From: Armatimonadota bacterium
Lineage (GTDB): Bacteria > Armatimonadota > UBA5829
Direction of reading: 5' to 3'
Assembly (NCBI GenBank): GCA_012522575.1
Contig: JAAYKE010000071.1
Span: 2,058-66,057 of the forward strand
DNA: 64,000 nt
In this document: one piece after another, positions 25,697 to 34,456 of the stretch
Layout of the letters: each line of letters starts with the position of its first letter
Position numbering within the stretch: position 1 is the stretch's first letter
The notes under the pieces: model-generated
What the model saw: only the letters and a program-made list of their open reading frames with translations
Databases searched by the model: none
What the model was told of the DNA's origin: nothing
Position numbers and translations under genes: made by a program

Positions 25697-26644
25697 ATGG
25701 CTGAAATACAAGACAAGATTCGTGAAGAGGCAAAAAAGGCGCTCGAAAGCGGCGAGGTTGGCGTGGTGATCGGGTGGGGCGCAGGGAGCGTGCCATTTAA
25801 GACGACTCCGGTGTTCATAGACAAGCCGCAAGACGCCGACAAGCTCGTATGGAACCCGGCCTGCACAAACAACCTTGCGGTATATCTGACCAGGTGGGCC
25901 AGAGACGGCAAGGTTGGGATCGTGGCCAAGCCGTGCGATATCCGCAGCATAGTCACTCTCATACGCGAAAAACAGGTCAAGCGGGAGAACGTTTTCATCA
26001 TTGGGCTGGGCTGTGGCGGAGTTGTGGACACGGGGCTGATGGAGGCCGGAGACGTTCGGATGAGGGAGATCACCTCTCTGCAGTGGGATGGCGACGACCT
26101 GATGGTGACTACCGAGGCCGGCGCGGTAAAGGTTCCTGCGGCACAGGCGCTGCGCGAACAGTGCAAGGTATGTCATGATCGAAGTCCTGCCATCAGCGAC
26201 GTTAGCGTCGGCGATGCGGTTGCTCCATCGGAGGATCTCAAGATCGAGATACCCGGGCTTTCGGAGGATCGACAAAAGTATTGGCAGGAGCAGTTTGCCA
26301 AATGCATACGATGCTATGCGTGCAGGCAGGTCTGTCCGGCGTGCTATTGCGAAACTTGCTTCTGCGATAGAATCGAACCTAAATGGACCGCCAAGAAGGC
26401 AACAACCGACGAAGCCTGGATGTTCCACGCAACTCGTGCGATGCATTTGGTGGGGCGATGCATCGGATGCGGGGAATGCGAGCGCGTATGCCCGGTGGGG
26501 ATACCCGCCGTTGAGCTTGCAAGAGAGCTTAATGCGGTCGCTAAGGAGCGATACGACTTCGAGCCGGGCGATCCGGAAGCGGAAAAACCGCTGCTGGGCG
26601 CCTATAAAGAAAATGATGTAGACCCGGCTCATCACTCGGAGTAG
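25697..26644 (+). CDS. flxC: FlxC-like 4Fe-4S dicluster protein
   Basis: WNPACTNNL, KPCDIRS, CIRCYACRQVCPACYC..C, CIGCGECERVCP; position matches hdr-flx operons. Confidence 0.8.
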   Translation: MAEIQDKIREEAKKALESGEVGVVIGWGAGSVPFKTTPVFIDKPQDADKLVWNPACTNNLAVYLTRWARDGKVGIVAKPCDIRSIVTLIREKQVKRENVFIIGLGCGGVVDTGLMEAGDVRMREITSLQWDGDDLMVTTEAGAVKVPAAQALREQCKVCHDRSPAISDVSVGDAVAPSEDLKIEIPGLSEDRQKYWQEQFAKCIRCYACRQVCPACYCETCFCDRIEPKWTAKKATTDEAWMFHATRAMHLVGRCIGCGECERVCPVGIPAVELARELNAVAKERYDFEPGDPEAEKPLLGAYKENDVDPAHHSE

Positions 26645-26684
26645 ATGATATATACGATTCGCATCCGATACTGAAAGGTCTGGC

Positions 26685-27725
26685 ATGAAGGATAGAGTAT
26701 TATTAAAAGATAAGACGGGCGATTTTCTCGGTTTTCTTGCGGAGAGGTTCGAGATAGTCGCTCCTGTTGAGCGGGCGGACGCACCTGCGGAATTCAAGGA
26801 ATTGGCCGAATCTGATGTGCCGGCGCTTGACGGCAGCAAACCGATGATGACCCCGAAAGACTATCTGCTGCCGCGACACGAAGTGCTGGTGAAAATCGAC
26901 ATGGCCGGCGGAGAAACCAAAGTGGAGACTCCGCTGCCCGAAGAAAAACCCAGGGTCATGCTCTGTGCGTGGCTGGCAGATGCGCAGGCGATTCAGGTTT
27001 TGGACAGGGTGTTTTTGGACAGGAAATTCGTGGACCCCTACTACTCCTGCAGGCGTGAGAATCTCGTTTTGTTTGCGGTTATCCCGGCTGAGATGCGATG
27101 GAGTTGGTTCAGCGGGTCGGTAGATGATGTCGAGACCTGGAAATCCAGCGTGGACGGGTTGATGTATGATCTAGGGGATAGATTTTATATCGAATCGACC
27201 TCCGAAAAGGGCGCGGAACTGATCGCAAGCGCGCCCCTCAGCGAGGCAAGCGAAACGGATACCGCAGCTAAGAATAAACTCTGGGATGCGTTCAAAAACA
27301 CAGGACTGCAGCCGTTCGCGGGCAAGGCGCTTTATGAGAATCTGGCCTGGGACGATCCCATCTGGGAGGAAATGGCTCAGAAGTGCATCGCCTGCGGGAT
27401 GTGCAGCTTTATGTGTCCAAGCTGCAGTTGTTTCGATATTCAGGACGAAACCTGCGGCCATTGCGTCGAGAGATATCGCTGCCGGGATACCTGCCAGTTT
27501 GAGGACTTCACCCTTATGGGACACGGCCACAACCCGCGGGCAACCCAACTCCCGCGATCCCGGCAGAGACTGCTGCATAAGTTCAAATATCAGCACGAAC
27601 AGTTCGGTGTTGTCGGATGCACGGGATGCGGCAGATGCGTGGAACTGTGCCCGGTAAACATAGACATCCGCGAAGCGCTGAACCGAACCTGCGTCGAGCC
27701 AATGGAGCAAAAAGCGGAGGCATAG
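26685..27725 (+). CDS. flxB: FlxB-like (AsrA/sulfhydrogenase beta-like) FeS protein
   Basis: CIACGMCSFMCPSCSCF, RQRLLHKF, CTGCGRCVELCPVNIDI. Confidence 0.8.
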   Translation: MKDRVLLKDKTGDFLGFLAERFEIVAPVERADAPAEFKELAESDVPALDGSKPMMTPKDYLLPRHEVLVKIDMAGGETKVETPLPEEKPRVMLCAWLADAQAIQVLDRVFLDRKFVDPYYSCRRENLVLFAVIPAEMRWSWFSGSVDDVETWKSSVDGLMYDLGDRFYIESTSEKGAELIASAPLSEASETDTAAKNKLWDAFKNTGLQPFAGKALYENLAWDDPIWEEMAQKCIACGMCSFMCPSCSCFDIQDETCGHCVERYRCRDTCQFEDFTLMGHGHNPRATQLPRSRQRLLHKFKYQHEQFGVVGCTGCGRCVELCPVNIDIREALNRTCVEPMEQKAEA

Positions 27726-27766
27726 ACATATTTGCAGGCCGAACATATCACGATAGGTAGAGATAA

Positions 27767-28621
27767 ATGATAGATTCACAGACAACAAATAACCCAATAA
27801 CAACCCTCCCATATACGCCCATCCCGGCGACTCTTACCAAAATCGTAACGGAGAGTTGGGACACAAAGACATTTCACGCGGAGTTCAATGACGAAGCGCT
27901 GAAGGACAGCTTTACCTATGAGCCTGGACAGTTTCAGCAGGTATCGGTGTTCGGCGTCGGGGAGTGCACGTTCTGCCTGACATCGTCTCCCACTCGAAAG
28001 GGACACATAGAGTTTTCAGTCAAAAAAGTCGGCTCGGTCACCTCTGCGCTGCACGATATGAGCGAAGGCGATCTCGTTGGCATACGCGCGCCGCTGGGCA
28101 ATTTTTTCCCATATAACGAATGGAAAGGGAAGAATCTTCTGTTTGCCGGCGGCGGAATCGGAATGGCTCCTATGCGATCCCTGCTCAACTTTTGTCTGGA
28201 TAACCGGGATGACTACGGCGAGATAACCACAATCTACGGCGCACGGACTCCGGGAGACCTCTGCTTTGCTTACGAATTCGAAGAGTGGAACTCCAAAGGG
28301 AAGCTGCATCTCACCGTGGACGTCGGAGATGACGATTGGAAGGACCACGTCGGCCACGTGCCGGGATATCTCAAGGAACTTGCGCCCAGCCCGGATAATG
28401 CCATCGCCATCACCTGTGGCCCTCCTATTATGATCAAATTTATCTTGCCGGAGTTTGCCAGTCTCGGCTTCAAGCCCGAACAGATTTACACTACTCTGGA
28501 AATGAAGATGAAGTGCGGGGTCGGCAAATGCGGTCGATGCAATATAGGCTCCAAACTGGTATGCCTCGACGGCCCGGTGTTCTCTCTGGCGGAGATCGAC
28601 GAACTGCCTCCGGAGTTCTAA
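27767..28621 (+). CDS. flxA: FlxA-like (AsrB-like) FAD/NAD(P)H oxidoreductase
   Basis: PGQFQQVSVFGVGE, RAPLGN, AGGIGMAP, TCGPPIM, MKCGVGKCGRC..VCLDGPVF. Confidence 0.85.
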   Translation: MIDSQTTNNPITTLPYTPIPATLTKIVTESWDTKTFHAEFNDEALKDSFTYEPGQFQQVSVFGVGECTFCLTSSPTRKGHIEFSVKKVGSVTSALHDMSEGDLVGIRAPLGNFFPYNEWKGKNLLFAGGGIGMAPMRSLLNFCLDNRDDYGEITTIYGARTPGDLCFAYEFEEWNSKGKLHLTVDVGDDDWKDHVGHVPGYLKELAPSPDNAIAITCGPPIMIKFILPEFASLGFKPEQIYTTLEMKMKCGVGKCGRCNIGSKLVCLDGPVFSLAEIDELPPEF

Positions 28622-28774
28622 AATCCAGCGTGTGTGATCCGGCAGGGGACGTTACACGCGGTCGATGAGGTCGTCTTCGGGTAATAGTGGCAGGAATTTA
28701 TCGACTTATTTTATAATATAGAACAGTAACACACAGGAGCGCCGCAGCGGTTGCTCTTGTGGCAGGAGATTATT

Positions 28775-30061
28775 ATGACAGAAAGTGGTATCGATCGCCG
28801 CGATTTTCTAAAGGGAGCAGCGGCGACTGTGGCTCTCCTTATGGCTGCGGACGGGTTGGGAATGTCCCAGGTTCTGGCAGCCGACGCTGATGTTAAGCCG
28901 ATAGCCGGTCCCGCGGTCAAAATCGGGGTGATAGGGCTAGGGCAGTGGGGCAGAGACATAGTAACTGCTCTTTCCAAAATGCCCAGCGCCAAAGTCACCG
29001 CGATCTGTGATACGTATGAAGCATTCGTAACCAGAGCCGCTAAGACCGTGACCGACGCCAAGGCATATTCCGACTATAAGGAGCTGCTGGCCTCCCCGGA
29101 TGTCGAGGCCGTGATCATTGCAACGCCCACCCATCTGCACAAGGAAATCGCGCTGGCGGCTATTGCTGCAGACAAACACGTTTATTGCGAGGCGCCGCTG
29201 GCGTCGTCCATTGAGGATGCAAAAGCTATTGCAATCGCAGGAAACGGATCTAAAAAAGTCTTCCAGACCTGACTTCAGGGACGCAAGAACCCGCTTTATG
29301 AGCACGTGTCTTCGTTCGTGAAATCCGGATGTATGGGAACTCCCGCAGAAGCGAGAGCGCAGTCCAACAGAAGGCAGAGTTGGAAAAGAATGGCTCCGTC
29401 GGCGGATAGAGAAAAGGAGATGAACTGGCGTCTCTCGAAGGATACCTCGCTTGGGCTGGTTGGAGAACTCGGAATACACAGCATCGATTTGGTGAATCAA
29501 TATCTCAATGCGGTTCCGGTGGCTGTGACAGGATTCGGTTCGATAATGGCCTGGAAGGACGGACGCGATGTGCCGGATACGGTGCAGTGCGTAATGGAGT
29601 ATCCCAAAGATGTCCGTCTTACTTTTTCATCGACTATCGTAAGCTCGTTTGGCGGCGAGTATACCCTTATTCAGGGCAGCGAAAGCTCTCTTATGCTCAG
29701 AGAGGATCGCGGCTGGATGATCAAAGAGGCCGATTCGCCTCTTATCGGATGGGAGCCTTACGCTCGCAAGGAGCAGATATTCGAGGAGACGGGGATATGT
29801 ATGCTGGCAGATGCCAGTAAAATACTTGCAACGGGCGGGGAACCGGACAAGGATTCTCCCAAGGAGCAGACAAAGGAAGTGACAAGCGAGCCGCTGTATG
29901 TGGCTCTTGAGAGCTTTACGCGATGCATAAGAGAGGACTCTAAGCCGGCAGCCGGCGCGCTTGAGGGACTTCAGTCTGCTGTTACCGTTATCAAGGCCAA
30001 TGAGGCTATTATGTCAGGCAGCAAAATTGCTTATGCGCCTGATATGTTCGAGTTGAAATAG
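28775..30061 (+). pseudogene. Tat-exported Gfo/Idh/MocA oxidoreductase interrupted by an in-frame TGA (29270-29272)
   Basis: DRRDFLK Tat motif, IGLGQWG, HVYCEAP. The frame continues VFQT*LQGR..., and the neighbouring paralog reads LVQVGSQG here, so Gly is expected at the stop. Confidence 0.8.
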
Positions 30062-30088
30062 GCAACTTATAAAGGAGCGCAAACCAAA

Positions 30089-31447
30089 GTGGACAACAAA
30101 CAGGAAAAGACAGGGCTGAGTCGGCGCGAATTCATAAAAGCTGCCGGCATTACGGCAGCCGGTGTGATGGCAAGTTCGCTCGTGAGCGGCAGCGCTATTG
30201 GAGCTCCGGCCACAAAGACTACTATGGCATCCCCGAGAGCCGTCGGCGCTAATGACAGGCTCAATTATGCCCACATCGGCGTTGGAGGGATGGGTGGAGG
30301 CCACCTCAATTCCATCAAGGCTTTGGCCTCTGAGATGAACCTGCAGCAGGTCGCGGTGTGCGATGTTTGGTCTAAGAAAAATAACTGGGCCAAGGAAACC
30401 TCAGGCTGCGATGCCTCGCAGGTCTACACCGACTACCGAAAACTGCTCGAAAACAAGGACATCGACGTCGTTGTGATCGGCACTCCGGATCACTGGCACG
30501 CACCCATTGCCATTGCCGCAATGCAGGCCGGCAAGCACGTATATTGCGAAAAGCCGATGACCCGAACTCTCGACGAGGCATTCCTTATGCATAAGACGGC
30601 CAAAGAGACCGGCTGTCTGGTGCAGGTGGGAAGCCAGGGCTGCACAGATACGAAGTGGCACGTGGCGGGCAAGGCGGTCAAAGACGGCAAGATCGGCACC
30701 GCGCTTTGGGCGCAGGGTGGTTACTGCCGAAATAACCCGCACGGCGAATGGAACTATAACATCGACCCGGACCTGACCCCGGATAGCTGCGACTGGAAAA
30801 TGTGGCTCGGCAATGCGCCGAAGATTGCATTCAGCCCGGAAAGATTCTTCCGCTGGAGAAAGTATTGGGACTATGGCAACGGAATCATCGGCGACCTGTG
30901 GCCGCACAGGCTGCATCCTCTGATGATCGCGATGAATATGGGGCCGGATCCGGCGCTGATCCAGTTCCCAAGAAGAGTCGCCTGCCTGGGAGCCAATATA
31001 CTTGATACCGATGCCAATCACTCCGATCCGTCCAAGCCGTATGGCGACACGCGAGACGTTGCTGACACAACTCAGATGATTGCCGAGTTCCCCGGCGGAA
31101 CTATGATCTATCTGGCCGGCGCGACCACCAATGAGCGCGGCGTCGAGGATATGATCCGCGGCAACAAAGCCACGCTGTATTTCGGCGGCGGCAAGGTCAC
31201 CGTTGAGCCTCAGCGACCCTTCACCGACGAAGTCGAGCAGGAAGAACTGGCTGTAGTCGGCCCTGGTGAGGATACCAGAGAGCATCACAAAAACCTGATC
31301 CGATGCATCCGCGAGGGCGGAGTGCCGAACTGCAACATCGACCTCGGACTGGCAGTGCAAACCGTCGTCTCGATGGCTGAGATGTCATACCGGGAGAACA
31401 AGATGGCTATGTTCGATCCGGACAAAAAGAAACTGCTCAAGAGCTAA
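30089..31447 (+). CDS. Tat-exported Gfo/Idh/MocA oxidoreductase
   Basis: SRREFIK, IGVGGMG, GTPDHWHA, HVYCEKP, WRKYWDYGNG. Confidence 0.92.
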   Translation: MDNKQEKTGLSRREFIKAAGITAAGVMASSLVSGSAIGAPATKTTMASPRAVGANDRLNYAHIGVGGMGGGHLNSIKALASEMNLQQVAVCDVWSKKNNWAKETSGCDASQVYTDYRKLLENKDIDVVVIGTPDHWHAPIAIAAMQAGKHVYCEKPMTRTLDEAFLMHKTAKETGCLVQVGSQGCTDTKWHVAGKAVKDGKIGTALWAQGGYCRNNPHGEWNYNIDPDLTPDSCDWKMWLGNAPKIAFSPERFFRWRKYWDYGNGIIGDLWPHRLHPLMIAMNMGPDPALIQFPRRVACLGANILDTDANHSDPSKPYGDTRDVADTTQMIAEFPGGTMIYLAGATTNERGVEDMIRGNKATLYFGGGKVTVEPQRPFTDEVEQEELAVVGPGEDTREHHKNLIRCIREGGVPNCNIDLGLAVQTVVSMAEMSYRENKMAMFDPDKKKLLKS

Positions 31448-31470
31448 TTTTTCGAGAGCATCGTAATTTG

Positions 31471-31509
31471 CAGCAAGCAGCCCGCATCATCGGTTGCTTG
31501 CTGTTTTTT
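31471..31509 (+). terminator. Rho-independent terminator
   Basis: CAGCAAGCAGCC-loop-GGTTGCTTGCTG followed by TTTTTT. Confidence 0.8.
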
Positions 31510-31578
31510 CGTTGGGTTGAGACCAGAGTAAGGGTGGCTGCATCGAACAACGTCACGACGCAGCCACCATATAAATCT

Positions 31579-32616
31579 CTATTGCACCTTGTGTTGTGTC
31601 GTCAAGTTGGTTTTGAGGTCGAGCCAGACGTTATCCCAGGCGATTGAAACGCTCTTAGCCGTATTATTTATCGTGATTTTTGCATAGGGCTTCAGGTCGA
31701 TTTTTTCCGATCCTGCCGCGCCGGTCAAGCCGATCGGGCTGAGGTTTTCGATCTCGATTTTGCCCGCCCGGCTTTTCGCAACGACGCTGGATTGCAAAAT
31801 ATTGGTCAGCAGATCCTTGCGTCCCCAAAGCATTCCATTGAACCAGGCCGCCGTCCTTCTGGCTTTGATCGCGTCCATCACTCCTTTGTTTGTGCGTTCG
31901 GTCACCAAAAGCAGGGTAACCGGCGAGGTATCCGGCGCCCTGTTTGCGTGCACATCGGAGTTGCCAAAGATTGCAAGGTTATGTTTCAAGGCAAAATCCA
32001 CAGCTTCGGGATACCACCATGTGCCGTGGCTTTCCGTGGTGTTCCAGCCCTTGCCGACGACTCCATTTTTATATTCGATACCCTGAATGATTCCCTGCTC
32101 GATTCCCCAAATTACGGGTTCGCGGTAGCCGACGTGAGGGTGCGCATAGATGACTAACCCGCCCGCATCGGCGATTTTTTTCAACTCTTCCTGATAGAAC
32201 GCCTTTGCCTGCCCCGCACTCTCCGCCCAATGGTGGGCGTCGCGTATGGGATGATCGGCAGGCACATTTAACGCCACCAGATGTTCTTTGCCGGACAACC
32301 CTGTCTCAAAGCCGGGAATTATTATCATGCCCAGCGGTTCGCCGACATATCTGGCCACCCTGTAACCGTCCAACTTGCCATGATCGGTCACTGCGACGGC
32401 GTCATAGCCCCACCTGAAAGACTCCTCCACTCGTTCGCGCGTGGAGAGTTTGCCGTCGGAATGCTTGGTATGCATGTGAAAATCCCCGGTTATAACTTCA
32501 TAAGGACCTACCCGTGGAAAATCGTGTCGCACAGGCGTGGCGGACCCGCAGCACGACATTGCAGCCAGCATCATCATAACAGACATAATAATCACCAGAT
32601 TCAAAGAGTTTTTCAT
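31579..32616 (-). CDS. Secreted PHP-domain metallohydrolase (CehA/McbA-like)
   Basis: Signal peptide, GDFHMHTKHSDG, AVTDHG, YAHP, NSDVH. Confidence 0.85.
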   Translation of the reverse strand: MKNSLNLVIIMSVMMMLAAMSCCGSATPVRHDFPRVGPYEVITGDFHMHTKHSDGKLSTRERVEESFRWGYDAVAVTDHGKLDGYRVARYVGEPLGMIIIPGFETGLSGKEHLVALNVPADHPIRDAHHWAESAGQAKAFYQEELKKIADAGGLVIYAHPHVGYREPVIWGIEQGIIQGIEYKNGVVGKGWNTTESHGTWWYPEAVDFALKHNLAIFGNSDVHANRAPDTSPVTLLLVTERTNKGVMDAIKARRTAAWFNGMLWGRKDLLTNILQSSVVAKSRAGKIEIENLSPIGLTGAAGSEKIDLKPYAKITINNTAKSVSIAWDNVWLDLKTNLTTQHKVQ

Positions 32617-32725
32617 ATCCTGTCCCCTATGGGATTGTTCGCCAAGCTCTGCGTTGCCTCCTTCTGTCTGATCACGCTGAAGGAATTTTCGAATCACTTG
32701 CGAACCTATTGCTGTAACGGAGGTA

Positions 32726-33508
32726 ATGATGAAAGCATACATTCTATGCGACTATGAGGGAACCACAGGTGTTGTAGCCTGGGGAGACGAGGAGACTGCT
32801 CTTGGAGCAGAGGCTATGGCCGGGGATGTCAACGCCACCATAGAAGGGCTTAGGCAAGGCGGTTTTACTGAGTTTGTTGTGCGGGATTATCACGATCACG
32901 GCAAGACAATTCACCCTGCCTCAATCGACCCGCAGGCAACTCTGATTCGAGGCAAGTCGACGCCATTTCCCTATGGACTCAGCAAAGATTTCGACGCAAT
33001 GTGTTTTGTTGGCGCGCATTCGATGGCGGGCACTGCCACCGGCGTTATGTGCCACACGATGAACGGCCAACTGAATGCCGTGCACATTAACGGCAAACGC
33101 ATCGGTGAAATTGGCGGATTCGCATATCTGACCAGCCAATTAGGTGTGCCGTTGATCTTTGTAACCGGTGACAAGGCGGCCTGTGATGAGGCGGTTGCGC
33201 TGATAGGGGATGTTGAGACGGCTCCTACCAAATTCGGGCTGACGCGCAACTGTGCGGAGGTGCTGCATCCTACAGTATCGCGAAAAGGCATCACCGAAGC
33301 GGCTGCGCGCGCGGCAAAGAGGATAAAAGACTTCAAACTGCTCACACTCGATTTGCCGTGCACAGTTGATGTAACCTATCAAACCCCTGATATCGCCGAC
33401 CGCGTGCTCGATACGAGCAACGGAGAGCGAATAGACGGCTCCACGGTGCGCTTCACTGCCAAAACGGCTCTCGAAGCGTTCAAGAGGTTCGAACGAGGGT
33501 TCCAGTGA
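32726..33508 (+). CDS. dppA: D-aminopeptidase DppA (peptidase M55)
   Basis: ILCDYEG, DVNATIEG, RDYHDHG, VGAHSMAG, CHT, GEIG, VTGD. Confidence 0.85.
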   Translation: MMKAYILCDYEGTTGVVAWGDEETALGAEAMAGDVNATIEGLRQGGFTEFVVRDYHDHGKTIHPASIDPQATLIRGKSTPFPYGLSKDFDAMCFVGAHSMAGTATGVMCHTMNGQLNAVHINGKRIGEIGGFAYLTSQLGVPLIFVTGDKAACDEAVALIGDVETAPTKFGLTRNCAEVLHPTVSRKGITEAAARAAKRIKDFKLLTLDLPCTVDVTYQTPDIADRVLDTSNGERIDGSTVRFTAKTALEAFKRFERGFQ

Positions 33509-33545
33509 TATAAAACTGGATCAAAGTTGTAGGAAGCGCTCAGGG

Positions 33546-33574
33546 CAGGTGACGATTCAAATAACCGTCACCTG
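33546..33574. terminator. Hairpin between convergent genes
   Basis: CAGGTGACG-N11-CGTCACCTG. Confidence 0.5.
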
Positions 33575-33625
33575 TCCGATCCATTGCGAGAAAACGCCTG
33601 CTGAGTCGATTTGAGCTTACACGGC

Positions 33626-34312
33626 CTACGGAGCCACTTCGCGCTTGCAGTAGGCCTTAATTGCAGCTTTAATTATCTCCACCGCGTCATCGTTGGTGAA
33701 GTTATCCATCCACAGGCTCAGGTCGAAGATAGCCGCGTCAGCTCGTTCCCGACCGAATAGGCTGATTAGAAACTGTCGGCGGCTGCGGTCGGATTCCCGC
33801 AGTTTTCGGCGGGACTGCTCGGCGGTGAGACCCTCAAATTGAATCATATTCTGGATTCGCAGGTCGTCGGACTCGTCGATTCGAATCTTCAACGCATCGG
33901 GCAGTATGAGGTTTGCCCCTCGCCCAAGAATTATAGCGTTTCCGAGGCGGGCTATAGACTTCACCGCCTTTGCAAGATGCCTGGCATAGATAAATCCGGC
34001 CATCTGCTCATCCCCGAACAACCCACGCGCAAAAAGTTCGATTTCGGATATTGTATGCTCATCAAATGCATTTACAACCTTCTGCGACACCCGGGCATTC
34101 TGAGCCATGGAGTTGACCAGTTCCTTGTCCCACAGGCTCCAGCCGAGATCATCGGCGAGTTTTTGTGCAATAATGCGCGCTCCGCTACCCATCCGCCGTG
34201 AAATAGTAACCACATTACTTATACACGGCTTCTCAACAAACTGCTGGCTATGCTTGGCAAGCTCAGACTTACGCATCTGTTCGTTGACTAATTGCTCAAT
34301 GTGTCTCGCCAT
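33626..34312 (-). CDS. Cytidylate kinase-like family protein
   Basis: VVTISRRMGSGARIIAQKLADDLGWSLWDKELV..AIILGRGANLIL..IRI. Confidence 0.8.
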   Translation of the reverse strand: MARHIEQLVNEQMRKSELAKHSQQFVEKPCISNVVTISRRMGSGARIIAQKLADDLGWSLWDKELVNSMAQNARVSQKVVNAFDEHTISEIELFARGLFGDEQMAGFIYARHLAKAVKSIARLGNAIILGRGANLILPDALKIRIDESDDLRIQNMIQFEGLTAEQSRRKLRESDRSRRQFLISLFGRERADAAIFDLSLWMDNFTNDDAVEIIKAAIKAYCKREVAP

Positions 34313-34456
34313 ATCACCCACGACCTCCGTTTCATTGGTTTCCCTGCCCGCATTATACAACATTAAGTCAATCGCTACCTGAAAAGCGACTGAACGCGAG
34401 CAATTACAGCCGATTATGGGCGTTCGATGCGAGCAGAACACGCCATATATTCTAAA

